In this document: positions 11,301 to 19,145 of the stretch, in pieces
Numbering within the stretch: position 1 is the first letter of the stretch
Layout of the letters: the number at the start of each line of letters is the position of its first letter
Origin: a virus
Taxonomy: Duplodnaviria; Caudoviricetes
Length of the DNA: 64,000 nucleotides
Direction: 5' to 3' (one strand)
Virus record (IMG/VR): IMGVR_UViG_3300005805_000071
Location: 14,519 to 78,518 of that record
The notes under the pieces: generated by a model
What the model saw: only the letters and a program-made list of their open reading frames with translations
What the model was told of the DNA's origin: nothing
Database searches by the model: none
Translations under genes and position numbers: made by a program

Positions 11301-12607
11301 CCTGCAGAATTTCCTGGAGTGGATGTAAAGTCATCTCTAAGTTCTATAATTTGGTATGAATCATCTATATCTGGACCACTGATAACTGGTGTTCCAAAAA
11401 CATTAGTAACTTTTATTACGTTACCAAGTTCGAATGGAATAATATTATTTTCAACCGTTTCAAAAGTTCTTGGTTTTGGAAGATCTAAAAATGTTTGAGA
11501 TTGCTTGTTGATAAGATAACCTTTTAAGTATACCTTACCAGGTGATACTTGCACAGCATATAAATTATCTGAAGTTATAACTCCAGTATCATCTGTTCTT
11601 TGCCCTGGAAGATATACACCATTATTAAAACCATCATTTAAAGACTCACGAAGTTTAATATCAAATGGTTTAATCATGAAATCGCCTGCCAAATCATAAA
11701 TCTGAGATGCAAAACGCTTTTCTAGCTCATTATATCCAGTTTCATCAACTTGTAATTCAACTTTTCCATTTTTCAATCGCATCAATTCATAAAAATTCTT
11801 ATCTGCATCATCATCAAAAGTTTTTTTAACTAATGTGGCTCTAATTCTGAATCTATGAGCTCCAGGTGCAGCATAGTTAGAAGTGCCTGCTGCATTATCA
11901 TTTAGACTGGTATCATCTTCAGATGTAATAATTGATTCCGAAACTTCTAATCCAATTCTATAAGATGGATCTACTTGATATTGATCAAGAATAATACTTT
12001 GATATGGAACATCAACAAAGAATCCTCTAATAAAGTAAACACCAGTATTAACGTAAGCTATAGAACCAGTTTGATTTGCTTCGTTTGGAATGAGTTGAGC
12101 TACTGGTGTTCCAATTTCAATCAGATTAGAACCATATGTAATTTCCGAATCTACAACGATCTGCTCGTTGTTAAGTAACTTAGTAACGGTTCGATCAGAT
12201 CCACCAGCTTCCTTGTATTTAACGTAAAGTGTTATAAATCCTTTCTCTGATTCATCTGAAGATAAGGTTTTAATTACCTCTGCTCTAACACCGCTAGTAA
12301 CGCCAGTAATAGTTTTTCCAACTAATTCTTTTCTATAATTTTCTACTTGAGAACCTAAAAATGATGATTGGATTAGGACACTATCCGCATTATTATCCCA
12401 TGCAACTTGACCTGGAATAACCATGGAACCATCTTTAAATAGATGATTACCAACACTTTCAACCTGATTCTGTAAGATTGACTGTAAAGTTGTTAGTTCT
12501 CTAGCTTGGATTGGAAATCCTGGTCTAAAAAGAACTCTATAAAAGTTCTTAAATTTATCAAAATCATCATAATAAGGGCTGACGTTAAGGTTGGTGTTTT
12601 GTGCCAT
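5312..12607 (-). CDS. Large virion structural protein, DUF4815 / VrlC-like
   Basis: 2431 aa. N-terminus TNLNVSPYYDDFD...FRPGFPIQARELTTLQSILQNQ and RRYTMKDIAGLDARLQNVEYY...FKNGFFVDSF are typical of this family. Lies directly after gp8. Confidence 0.85.
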   Translation of the reverse strand: MAQNTNLNVSPYYDDFDKFKNFYRVLFRPGFPIQARELTTLQSILQNQVESVGNHLFKDGSMVIPGQVAWDNNADSVLIQSSFLGSQVENYRKELVGKTITGVTSGVRAEVIKTLSSDESEKGFITLYVKYKEAGGSDRTVTKLLNNEQIVVDSEITYGSNLIEIGTPVAQLIPNEANQTGSIAYVNTGVYFIRGFFVDVPYQSIILDQYQVDPSYRIGLEVSESIITSEDDTSLNDNAAGTSNYAAPGAHRFRIRATLVKKTFDDDADKNFYELMRLKNGKVELQVDETGYNELEKRFASQIYDLAGDFMIKPFDIKLRESLNDGFNNGVYLPGQRTDDTGVITSDNLYAVQVSPGKVYLKGYLINKQSQTFLDLPKPRTFETVENNIIPFELGNVIKVTNVFGTPVISGPDIDDSYQIIELRDDFTSTPGNSAGNIVGLARVASWEFSSSGDALEGDLNDIYNCTAFDVSFITKIYLTQSTTIEGGSRIRGKTSGANGFIRLSSGTSFTGQTVSLYGVTGTFRVGEVIEVDGRDKGTIQGVYSYQFSDIKQVVGRDNLNNVIFTGDVSLTDSFRLGGDFFTYDSGVLTGYNSNISPEVRSGDLLYVSESEYFRVDALASNFSLSSVFNYADQSINVTPSPGFTPTNGTQYNTVIRLRPFLFGKEDGDLFTEMPKTAIRSISDESMIVKRTYESQITSNSFTIALAANEQFQAVETENYNLVVTSVSGGSSYSVGDVVILQNDNPSGAAYTTFNTTGTPRSTITVANLVGITTIRFNAAISKNIVVEKVKNANKMRIWKVNKTLRQSDQIQYGLAYSNIYGTRIEDVDISLGVTDVYKLRAVYESVDNNDAVVPYVTLVEPTFFATGSLVTGQTSGAKGYVVDFNTGTLRLTIVYEGSVPFQQNETITGFDSNGNALQSLLSDADGSINLGSKNITSSFYLESGQKNFFYDVSRIVRKKGVASPIRKVKIVADYFSHESSGDYFNIDSYVGVEYAEIPTFVSAVGSGTNTTSTQKALRDVLDFRPGVSALADGTGTLSDPFALNCSSFDFASRVFKDSEDSTTFDIPKPDSDFRCDYTFYLPRIDKLFVNTTGEFLLTLGKPAEVPQPPSNIDGAMLLATIAHNAYGFNVDTDNYIFKENIRRYTMKDIAGLDARLQNVEYYSVLTLLESDTESLTITDEFGNDKFKNGFFVDSFENQNVAEITNPDYGASIDFAERILRPSHYTTNVPLTWNTSASSNVRESRRIVTLPFEHQLLIQQPYASKTENVNPFNVFTFLGAITLSPASDDWVSVRRLPTQVTNIEGNFSALVVSLGERTAEQGGGFDFENGFGPLQWSSWTQDWTGAVTTTSDGRPQGWNASGGGIAVWGTRTITTTGIVERRTGTQQRVRPTFRTESLGDRVVSRSNVPWIRSRNIGITAEALKPSTRFYAFFDNVDATSYCFPKLIEVIKDSTENSNSNNIPFQVGEVVQIIETSSTGTNTIIFRAEVARLNDGYRYDPYASSGATLTGELTELSDVYSSNTPYLNIDVTTLSGLEDAEYYGNIQINYVVEGLSSGARAVIRDRRLITDPSGNFKGIFFIPDENVDSNPRWATGRRIFKLTTSSTNETLSIGDTTSSSGQVEYAATGILQEEQEQQLSIRDGVIEDVVIPSESQNVPARTTTESTIVGWYDPLAQSFIVQERGGCYISKVDVYFATKDERIPVRCEIRRMESGIPTKFIQPNSQIVLQPEEVEISENASIPTSFIFDCPVYVSDLEEYCVVLLSDSNKYTVWISEFGEVDITGDRTISEQPYAGVLFKSQNGSTWTPNQLQDLKFEIYRAEFGPLNGTLVLNNASLGLQNGGVRILRENPIQTKQATQTLVLNDNTGSFTVGARIYQQTTNASATIQQFIESTNPHQLVIENVDGTFLQGSNIGGLISYPIISSQTTGSIRVDSPTGSYTIGSTVTGGTSGATAIVTGWSLDGGGTYGTLSVNYVSKDFDDGETISQTNPSISGTVDETNTTYSGDTYQKYLSLSPTYSALSKRVTVFHRNHGMHDPTNTVEIRDVVSEVSPTTLRASISNTDLSITVSDALAFHTVINGLPISESNPGYMKINGEIISYTAIGNDGTVITIPSSGRGLDGTVAAAHQEGSFVECYNLDGIPLTEINKVHEGVYNVSLDTYDLQCESVSTSGIVAGGSQVRATQNIPFEYIHPQVQKVEHASTPILARINTVSGTSINNGNTTEASFVNSGEYIEVDLNQTNYLSGQKLILSGRNEQEKLAGQKSFTMQLLMSSSTSLLTPIVDLDRCSIITTSSRINNPDNWQLSEQFIGDPHDAVYITRMVSLDNQVSRSIHVYFDAYRPPESDFKVLYRIVPPGFSGDENTISWEFFNETGGPDALVTPSNRVQFKSYVYSVSGIEFSKYQIKIVMTSTNQAYVPQIKYFRAIATAI

Positions 12608-12626
12608 TTTTTTATTTCTCTTCTAA

Positions 12627-14159
12627 TTAGAATTCAATAACAATTTTGATATCTTCGATCTGATCATTTGCACGAGAGATCGGTCTTCTATTATCTATAT
12701 AGATTACTTCCCCAGTGTTTTTGGAAATTTCTGGGAATGCGTAACCTGCTGTAAATCTCATACCTAAGTCATATTCAGTATTATTAATTATTCTAGTTGA
12801 TTGACCTGGAGTAACTGGAAAGTTAACATCTGGTTCAGCTGAAGCTCCAGATGTATCTCCAATAATAATATTACTACCCTCAAATAAATTTAGAGATCCA
12901 ATAATTTCTGGGTAAATACCATCAACATTATTCTGATAGTACTTTAAAACTTTTGTTACTGAGTTCCATGAAATCACTCTTCCCCTAGAAGTAATTTGTT
13001 GACCTCCAACGGTTCTTGTTTGAGTAATAATTTCATCGACAACAAAATTTCCTTGGAAAGTCGGAGGAAAAATAACTGCTTTTGTAGCACTCAAAGTTAA
13101 ATCATCTGCTAATTCTTCGGTATTGTACTTATATGGATTTAATACCATTCCAATTCTTCGATAATCATTATCGATAGGGAAATCACCAGAACCCTCAGAA
13201 TACGAAAGTCTGGCATTTACCATTACTCTAAAACCACCTAATTCATAAATTGGATCAAATCCATGTCCACCTTGGGGAGGAATAATAATATCAACAACAC
13301 CACCAGTTCCAGTTCCAATTCCATTAATGGATTCTACATTTATTCTTCCAAAAGTATATCCAATACCACCAGAAGTAACAGTGGCATTAACAATTCTACC
13401 ACCGTCTACAATGACAGATACTCTTCCACCAACTCCATCACCAACAATAGGAACATTTTCATATGTTCCATTGTTATACCCACTACCAGATGAAGTAATA
13501 ACTACTGTATCAATTTCTCCAGATACAGCATTAGTTTTTACAGCAGAATCAGTTAATACTGGAATATAATCAGATGAGAAAAATTTTAAAACCTGAGCAA
13601 CAGGAATGGTATACATGAATTTCCATCTATACCCATCTGAGGTGGTAATAATTGATGTGGATGTTCCAGTAGGTTCGATTGTCGATGGTTTACCGTTAGG
13701 ATCGGATGGGGAAGTTCCATTATAAATGCACTTATATACCTGATACGTTGAATTCACAACATAAAAGTCTGATTCATATAAACGAGTAGATCCAGAAGCA
13801 GCTGTTTTTGTTGAAGAATAGTCATGACGATACATATCGTAAATATATCCCAAACCACCTGTAGTTTGTTCTGGTGGAATCCAGTCAATACGACGAACTA
13901 CTTGAATAGTATCATTTGCCAAAACTCTTTTTAGAGAAATCATGTCATCATATAGATCACTATATTCCTCAAAACTATCTTTTGGTGAGGGGGGATTATT
14001 TTCATTCTCCCAAGTTTGAGGGCGACCAATAAAGATGTATAATCTATCTCTATTAGAACCAGTCTCAAGATCACTTAAAGTTGAATCTGGTCCTTCGAGA
14101 GATTTTATAAATTTTCCAGCCGAATAAATTCGGAACTGATCGGTTAGAAGTGCTGTCAT
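12627..14159 (-). CDS. gp8: Baseplate wedge subunit gp8
   Basis: 510 aa. YIFIGRPQTWENENNPPSP, YDMYRHDYS, VYKCIYNG, DGYRWKFMYTIP and IYIDNRRPISR...IEDIKIVIEF are T4 gp8-family motifs. Confidence 0.9.
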   Translation of the reverse strand: MTALLTDQFRIYSAGKFIKSLEGPDSTLSDLETGSNRDRLYIFIGRPQTWENENNPPSPKDSFEEYSDLYDDMISLKRVLANDTIQVVRRIDWIPPEQTTGGLGYIYDMYRHDYSSTKTAASGSTRLYESDFYVVNSTYQVYKCIYNGTSPSDPNGKPSTIEPTGTSTSIITTSDGYRWKFMYTIPVAQVLKFFSSDYIPVLTDSAVKTNAVSGEIDTVVITSSGSGYNNGTYENVPIVGDGVGGRVSVIVDGGRIVNATVTSGGIGYTFGRINVESINGIGTGTGGVVDIIIPPQGGHGFDPIYELGGFRVMVNARLSYSEGSGDFPIDNDYRRIGMVLNPYKYNTEELADDLTLSATKAVIFPPTFQGNFVVDEIITQTRTVGGQQITSRGRVISWNSVTKVLKYYQNNVDGIYPEIIGSLNLFEGSNIIIGDTSGASAEPDVNFPVTPGQSTRIINNTEYDLGMRFTAGYAFPEISKNTGEVIYIDNRRPISRANDQIEDIKIVIEF

Positions 14160-14200
14160 TAATCTATCCTACTGTTATTGATACTGTAAATCCCTATCTC

Positions 14201-14207
14201 TATTTAG
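14201..14207 (-). promoter_or_regulatory. Late promoter variant CTAAATA
   Basis: Overlaps the stop of the 703-aa gene, about 40 nt upstream of gp8. Confidence 0.6.
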
Positions 14208-16315
14208 TTACGGAAATAATCATTTCTGACTGCTGTTGTATAATCAATAGATTCAATCCTCCAAGATCCTCCTGAAGATGATCCTGTAACTATTTCTCCT
14301 CCTAGTATTGCTTGAGCAATAGCTTGAATTCCAGATCCAGCGTCTATTGTTACAATTGGAGGAACTTCATATCCATATCCTCCAGTTTGAACTTCAATTG
14401 AAGTTACTTGGTCAGAGGTTAATGTCGAGGTTGCTGTTGCTGAAACTATGGACGTTGGAATAGTTATATTTGGAGCAGATGTATATCCAGAACCATTATC
14501 TAACATCCTAATTCCTACTACTGTTGAATTTTTGGAAAACTCATATAAGAAACCAATTTCAGGATCACCAGTGTTATATGGAATTACATCTTCGACAATT
14601 AAAGTTTGTGTATTTGGATCCCATGAGACCACTGTAGCTTCTATTAAAGACTCTGTGCCAATAATAGTTTCTCCAGCAATAAATCCAACTCCATTATAAT
14701 AATCTGGATTTCTAGTATCCATCTTAATTGAAACATATGCTTTATGATCAACACCTTCATTTAGTAAACCAGCATCAGTAACAGTAGCAACTCTATATGG
14801 ACTACTAGAATCTCTTATCTGATCGCCCTGGACAAATAGAGTTGTGTTTTGTCCACCAACAGTTTCTTCTATACCATATAGAGTTGTTTCATTACCAGCA
14901 TCTAATCCAATTTTACCTTCAAATGCAGTTCCAGTATTAATTAAATCTGGATATCCATCCCCTAAACCATCAAGTTCTAAAATGTCTTCGAATTTTTTAT
15001 TAACTAAAACTGTTAATGGATTTGTAAGTTGGTAAATTATACCCCCTTCAAAATTAACAATATTGTGAGGTAGTTGTGTAGAATTTGATGCATCAGCAGC
15101 ACCCCCATCAAAAACAGGAGCAGATTTTTCTCCAGGAGATCCTGCATCTATAAAAGCAAGTTCATCAACAATAAAAGATATAAAGAGTTCTGCTGTTGTT
15201 GGAATCCAGTCATAAACAATTGCTATCTTACTAGATGCACTTTCTAATACTCTTGCAATTCTATCACCAATATTGAATTGATAACCACTTATTCCTGTAT
15301 CTGGATCAGTTGCATTAGTATCTAGAACTATTCTTTGATCGTACCTAAAGTTTATTCCTCTTGTACAACCAATAAATCTATTTTCGTCTTTACCAGTATA
15401 ACGTATTAATTCTTTTTCTAATAAAATAACTCCAGTTGGATCAAATGCTTCTGTTGAACCAACATAAATCGTATTATCTGATCTAGAAACATCTCTAGTA
15501 AGACCTGTTATATCATATACAGTAGCATTATACAACTGCCTATTTCTTGCAACTCTTTTTAAAGTTGCTTGTCTTCCAAATATAACTTTTGGTGGACTAG
15601 TATAGTTTACACCAGACTCTATTAATTTAATTTCTGATATTTCGCCTTGGTATACAACTGCCTCTGCTTTTGCTCCAATACCACCGCCGCCAGTCAATAG
15701 GATGTAAGGTGGTGTTTGATAAAAGTTTCCTGGATTTGATATTGTTATATTAGATGATACTATACCTTTAGTATCTGCCTCAGCAACAGCAAAAGCACCT
15801 GTTCCACCACCACCATTAATACTTAAAAATGGATCGGTTTCATAATTTCTACCTACATTTAATAAAGATATACCTGTAACTGTTTGAGAAATTGGAACTA
15901 CCGTTGCACCACCTCCAACTGCTCCTTTGATTTCTGCTGTTACTGGATAATACTGTTTATTACCAGTATTAATCATTTGTATATAAGAAATAGATCCATC
16001 ATCATTAAGATTTACTTTAGCACTGCAAGGATCTGGAATATCCTCCCCTTCAGGAACTTGTGGTGTAAATTCAATTCTTAATGGATCATATCCCTCTCCA
16101 CCATCGAGTACTCTTACCGCAATTATCTTTCCATTTGCTATTACTGGTTTCAAAACTGCATCTCTAATTGGTTGACCACAATTTCCAATTTTCAATAATG
16201 GTGGTTGCTCTGGATCATAACCAGAACCACCATGTTCTACAATTACAGAATCTACTTCAAATTTATCATTAAATACTGGAGTAATCCTTGCTCCAGATCC
16301 AGGTACTAATGCCAT
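14204..16315 (-). CDS. Baseplate-associated structural protein
   Basis: 703 aa with repeated GxGYxxxPxVxIxGGGGxGAxAxA modules shared with the gp7-like protein; lies in the baseplate operon. Confidence 0.75.
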   Translation of the reverse strand: MALVPGSGARITPVFNDKFEVDSVIVEHGGSGYDPEQPPLLKIGNCGQPIRDAVLKPVIANGKIIAVRVLDGGEGYDPLRIEFTPQVPEGEDIPDPCSAKVNLNDDGSISYIQMINTGNKQYYPVTAEIKGAVGGGATVVPISQTVTGISLLNVGRNYETDPFLSINGGGGTGAFAVAEADTKGIVSSNITISNPGNFYQTPPYILLTGGGGIGAKAEAVVYQGEISEIKLIESGVNYTSPPKVIFGRQATLKRVARNRQLYNATVYDITGLTRDVSRSDNTIYVGSTEAFDPTGVILLEKELIRYTGKDENRFIGCTRGINFRYDQRIVLDTNATDPDTGISGYQFNIGDRIARVLESASSKIAIVYDWIPTTAELFISFIVDELAFIDAGSPGEKSAPVFDGGAADASNSTQLPHNIVNFEGGIIYQLTNPLTVLVNKKFEDILELDGLGDGYPDLINTGTAFEGKIGLDAGNETTLYGIEETVGGQNTTLFVQGDQIRDSSSPYRVATVTDAGLLNEGVDHKAYVSIKMDTRNPDYYNGVGFIAGETIIGTESLIEATVVSWDPNTQTLIVEDVIPYNTGDPEIGFLYEFSKNSTVVGIRMLDNGSGYTSAPNITIPTSIVSATATSTLTSDQVTSIEVQTGGYGYEVPPIVTIDAGSGIQAIAQAILGGEIVTGSSSGGSWRIESIDYTTAVRNDYFRN

Positions 16316-18003
16316 TATCTCTTACCTCTAATTCTTGGAAAAACTTGACCTGTAGTTGGTCTTGATTTATGATTTGTTGAAGGATGGATATGACCTTCAT
16401 AACGTCTCTTTGGCCAATAATATAGATATCTATTATTATCAGTGCTGCCTATAGTAAAATAGGGAAATTCTGTTGGAGATAATTGCCCATAGTTTGTCCA
16501 CTCCTGAGAAGGTTCTTGCAAATGTAATTGACCACTTTTGCTACCATTACCAACAGTTAAATATTCCATAACTTCTTCTTGTGTCATATCTGGTTGCTGT
16601 TCCAATAGACATGCCACAACTCCAGTAACCTGAGGAGTAGCCATACTAGTCCCACCAGTCGCCGCAAGTTTGTAGTTACTATCTCTTGGATCATTTACTA
16701 TAACTCCACCCAGATCATCACTAGTGTTGTAAATAGATGAGATTATATTTTCACCAGGAGCCCATATATCAATAGCGGGTCCAAAATCACTAAAGTCAGC
16801 TTTAACATCTAAAAATAAACCATCAACAGCACCAACACAAACTACTCCATCAGCGTCAGCTGGAGTTGAACCTCTAGTATGATAGTATGTAACTCCATTA
16901 TGGATAAATCTATTATCATAGTCAATATCTCCTGGAACAGAGTGTTGCCAATAACCGTTCCCAGCGGCCGCAAGTACTAAAACACCATCGGCAATAGCAT
17001 CTACTATGTCCGCATCCACAGAAGTCTGTCTGGCTGGTATCCTAGTAACAAAGTTAGTATATGGAACAGGCACACCATTAGATTCTAAAATCTGTCTTTT
17101 TTGTGATGTTGTCAGACCAGATAATCCTGTAGTAGTACCTCTAAATGTTACAGAAGATATTCCACTTAAATTGAACGTAGAATTATAAGAATAACCCCAA
17201 CTATTATTTGTTATTGTTGGATTCCTTCTACCTGTTACTGGATTTATTGGTTTGTTTTTATGAAACGCTCTAATATAATCAAATAACAATAATGTCCAAG
17301 AAGTTAGACTAGGAGACTGAGTATAGAACGGAGAGATATTGTAAATATTTGCATCTCTAGCCCATCCTTGTGTATTTCCTGCTGCTGTTCCAGCAACATG
17401 AGTTCCATGACTGCCAGTGAAATCATATGTGTAATTTAGACCAGTAACAATTCCTAGATAGCTACTATATGTTTGAAACCAGTCTATTAAATTAGCTCTA
17501 GAACCTCCAGATCCATCTGGATTTACTGCAAACTCAGGATGATTTTGATTGATATGCTCATCAACAATTACAACATCAACATGTCTACCAGAACTACTAG
17601 TTCTTATAGTATCTGAAATTGTATTATAGTCTCCATCTTCACCCCAGTTGTCTGTTGGTTCCTCACCAGTTATACATCTCCACAAACCCCAATTTTTATC
17701 ATTACTAGTAAAAGTAGAATATACATCTTTAGCAAAATCACCAGTTTGAGTCCACATTAGTACTGGTGTCAATCCTCTTTCTTCAGGTGTTAATTGAACA
17801 TCCAATACTCTGGGATCTTGTCTTACAACATCCGCCTCCTCATCTGTCAGTAAATAGTGAGTATTCCTACTAATTGGTCTTCTCAGATGACAATCTACCT
17901 TTCTTTCTGGAATATACAGATTCCCTCCAGGAGTCTCCATATCCTCATAGAAATTATCAAGATCCTCAAAGTTTTTTAGTGTTACTATATATTCTTTTTG
18001 CAT
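16315..18003 (-). CDS. Subtilisin-family (S8) serine peptidase
   Basis: 562 aa. Catalytic motifs VDVVIVD (Asp), HGTHVAGTAAG (His), GTSMATPQVTG (Ser), plus oxyanion AAAGNG. Confidence 0.92.
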   Translation of the reverse strand: MQKEYIVTLKNFEDLDNFYEDMETPGGNLYIPERKVDCHLRRPISRNTHYLLTDEEADVVRQDPRVLDVQLTPEERGLTPVLMWTQTGDFAKDVYSTFTSNDKNWGLWRCITGEEPTDNWGEDGDYNTISDTIRTSSSGRHVDVVIVDEHINQNHPEFAVNPDGSGGSRANLIDWFQTYSSYLGIVTGLNYTYDFTGSHGTHVAGTAAGNTQGWARDANIYNISPFYTQSPSLTSWTLLLFDYIRAFHKNKPINPVTGRRNPTITNNSWGYSYNSTFNLSGISSVTFRGTTTGLSGLTTSQKRQILESNGVPVPYTNFVTRIPARQTSVDADIVDAIADGVLVLAAAGNGYWQHSVPGDIDYDNRFIHNGVTYYHTRGSTPADADGVVCVGAVDGLFLDVKADFSDFGPAIDIWAPGENIISSIYNTSDDLGGVIVNDPRDSNYKLAATGGTSMATPQVTGVVACLLEQQPDMTQEEVMEYLTVGNGSKSGQLHLQEPSQEWTNYGQLSPTEFPYFTIGSTDNNRYLYYWPKRRYEGHIHPSTNHKSRPTTGQVFPRIRGKR

Positions 18004-18004
18004 A

Positions 18005-19108
18005 TTAGAGTTCCAACTGAAGTAAAGTTAAAGTTACCTCAACAGTACCAGTAGAACCAGATAAATTTTTAACTTTTAAATATATGGTTCCAGATGGTAC
18101 ATTATCATTATTAAATCCTAAAGTTCCTGGTGTTAGCAATACAGTTTGATTTCCATTAGTTATAACTTCAGCAATAACTCCAGAACCAGGATACGGATCA
18201 GTAGTTTCACTCCTAGATGCATCATTAGTTCTAGAAGTTTGATCTGTATATACTGTTACCCAAGCAGCTCTATTAGTAGAAATTTTCATCAACAAATATG
18301 ATTTAAATCCTGTAACATCGATATTCTGACTAGCGTTATTTGCTAGTGATGAAGAAGTTGCAGAAATAGTTCCTCTAGATGGTGCGAGTGTGGTTGGTTT
18401 ATTTGAAAGATCATCGTAACTTAACTGACCATTAACAAAATTACTGCCATTGTATTTAAGAACTTGACCTGAAGATGGTGCAGTAACAACTACATCATCT
18501 AATTCATCTAAAGTTAATGCACCTGTCTCCAAATTTGGTAAATTGCTTAAATCATTATAATCACCAGAAAAAGCAACATCAGAAAACGGTGCAGGACTAA
18601 GTGCAGTTGGTTTATTCGTTAGATCATTCCAACTTCCAGAAAACAAAGATGGTTTAAATAAAAGATCGGTGTAACTTCCAGATGTGGCAACAGTAGATAA
18701 AACTGGACGATTTGTTAGATCATTATAATTACCAGTTATAGAAACAGTTGATAATGTTGGTTTATCTATCAAATCGTCATAGGCACCAGAAAATAATGCT
18801 GGTTTATTTAAGATATAAGACGGTCCTGATGTTGCTGCCCAGTCAGATTGAACTTGTGCAGCTGGAATGGTCGGTAAATTTGATAGATCATTATAACTTA
18901 ACTTTGCACTAACAAACTGAGAACCATTGGATCTTAGTACATTTCCAGATATTACACTGTTAATGTCTATAGACAAATTAATACCATCTTCACCCAAAGA
19001 ATTATATAGTTCATTTATAGAACTATTAATTTTTTGGGCACCAGATCTAATACTATCACCAGTGCCATCATTAGCTTGTGAACCAACATTAATTAGCTGT
19101 TTTGCCAT
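18005..19108 (-). CDS. gp9-like baseplate/fibre connector with internal repeats
   Basis: 367 aa. N-terminal KQLINVGSQANDGTGDSIRSGAQKIN..INELY is the gp9/gp10-type anchor. About 7 SGxYxDLxNKP repeats. Confidence 0.7.
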   Translation of the reverse strand: MAKQLINVGSQANDGTGDSIRSGAQKINSSINELYNSLGEDGINLSIDINSVISGNVLRSNGSQFVSAKLSYNDLSNLPTIPAAQVQSDWAATSGPSYILNKPALFSGAYDDLIDKPTLSTVSITGNYNDLTNRPVLSTVATSGSYTDLLFKPSLFSGSWNDLTNKPTALSPAPFSDVAFSGDYNDLSNLPNLETGALTLDELDDVVVTAPSSGQVLKYNGSNFVNGQLSYDDLSNKPTTLAPSRGTISATSSSLANNASQNIDVTGFKSYLLMKISTNRAAWVTVYTDQTSRTNDASRSETTDPYPGSGVIAEVITNGNQTVLLTPGTLGFNNDNVPSGTIYLKVKNLSGSTGTVEVTLTLLQLEL

Positions 19109-19130
19109 TTTTTTAGTTTCTCTATGTACT

Positions 19131-19137
19131 TATTTAT
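19131..19137 (-). promoter_or_regulatory. Late promoter ATAAATA
   Basis: Intergenic, 22 nt upstream of the gp9-like start. Confidence 0.7.
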
Positions 19138-19145
19138 GAATAATT

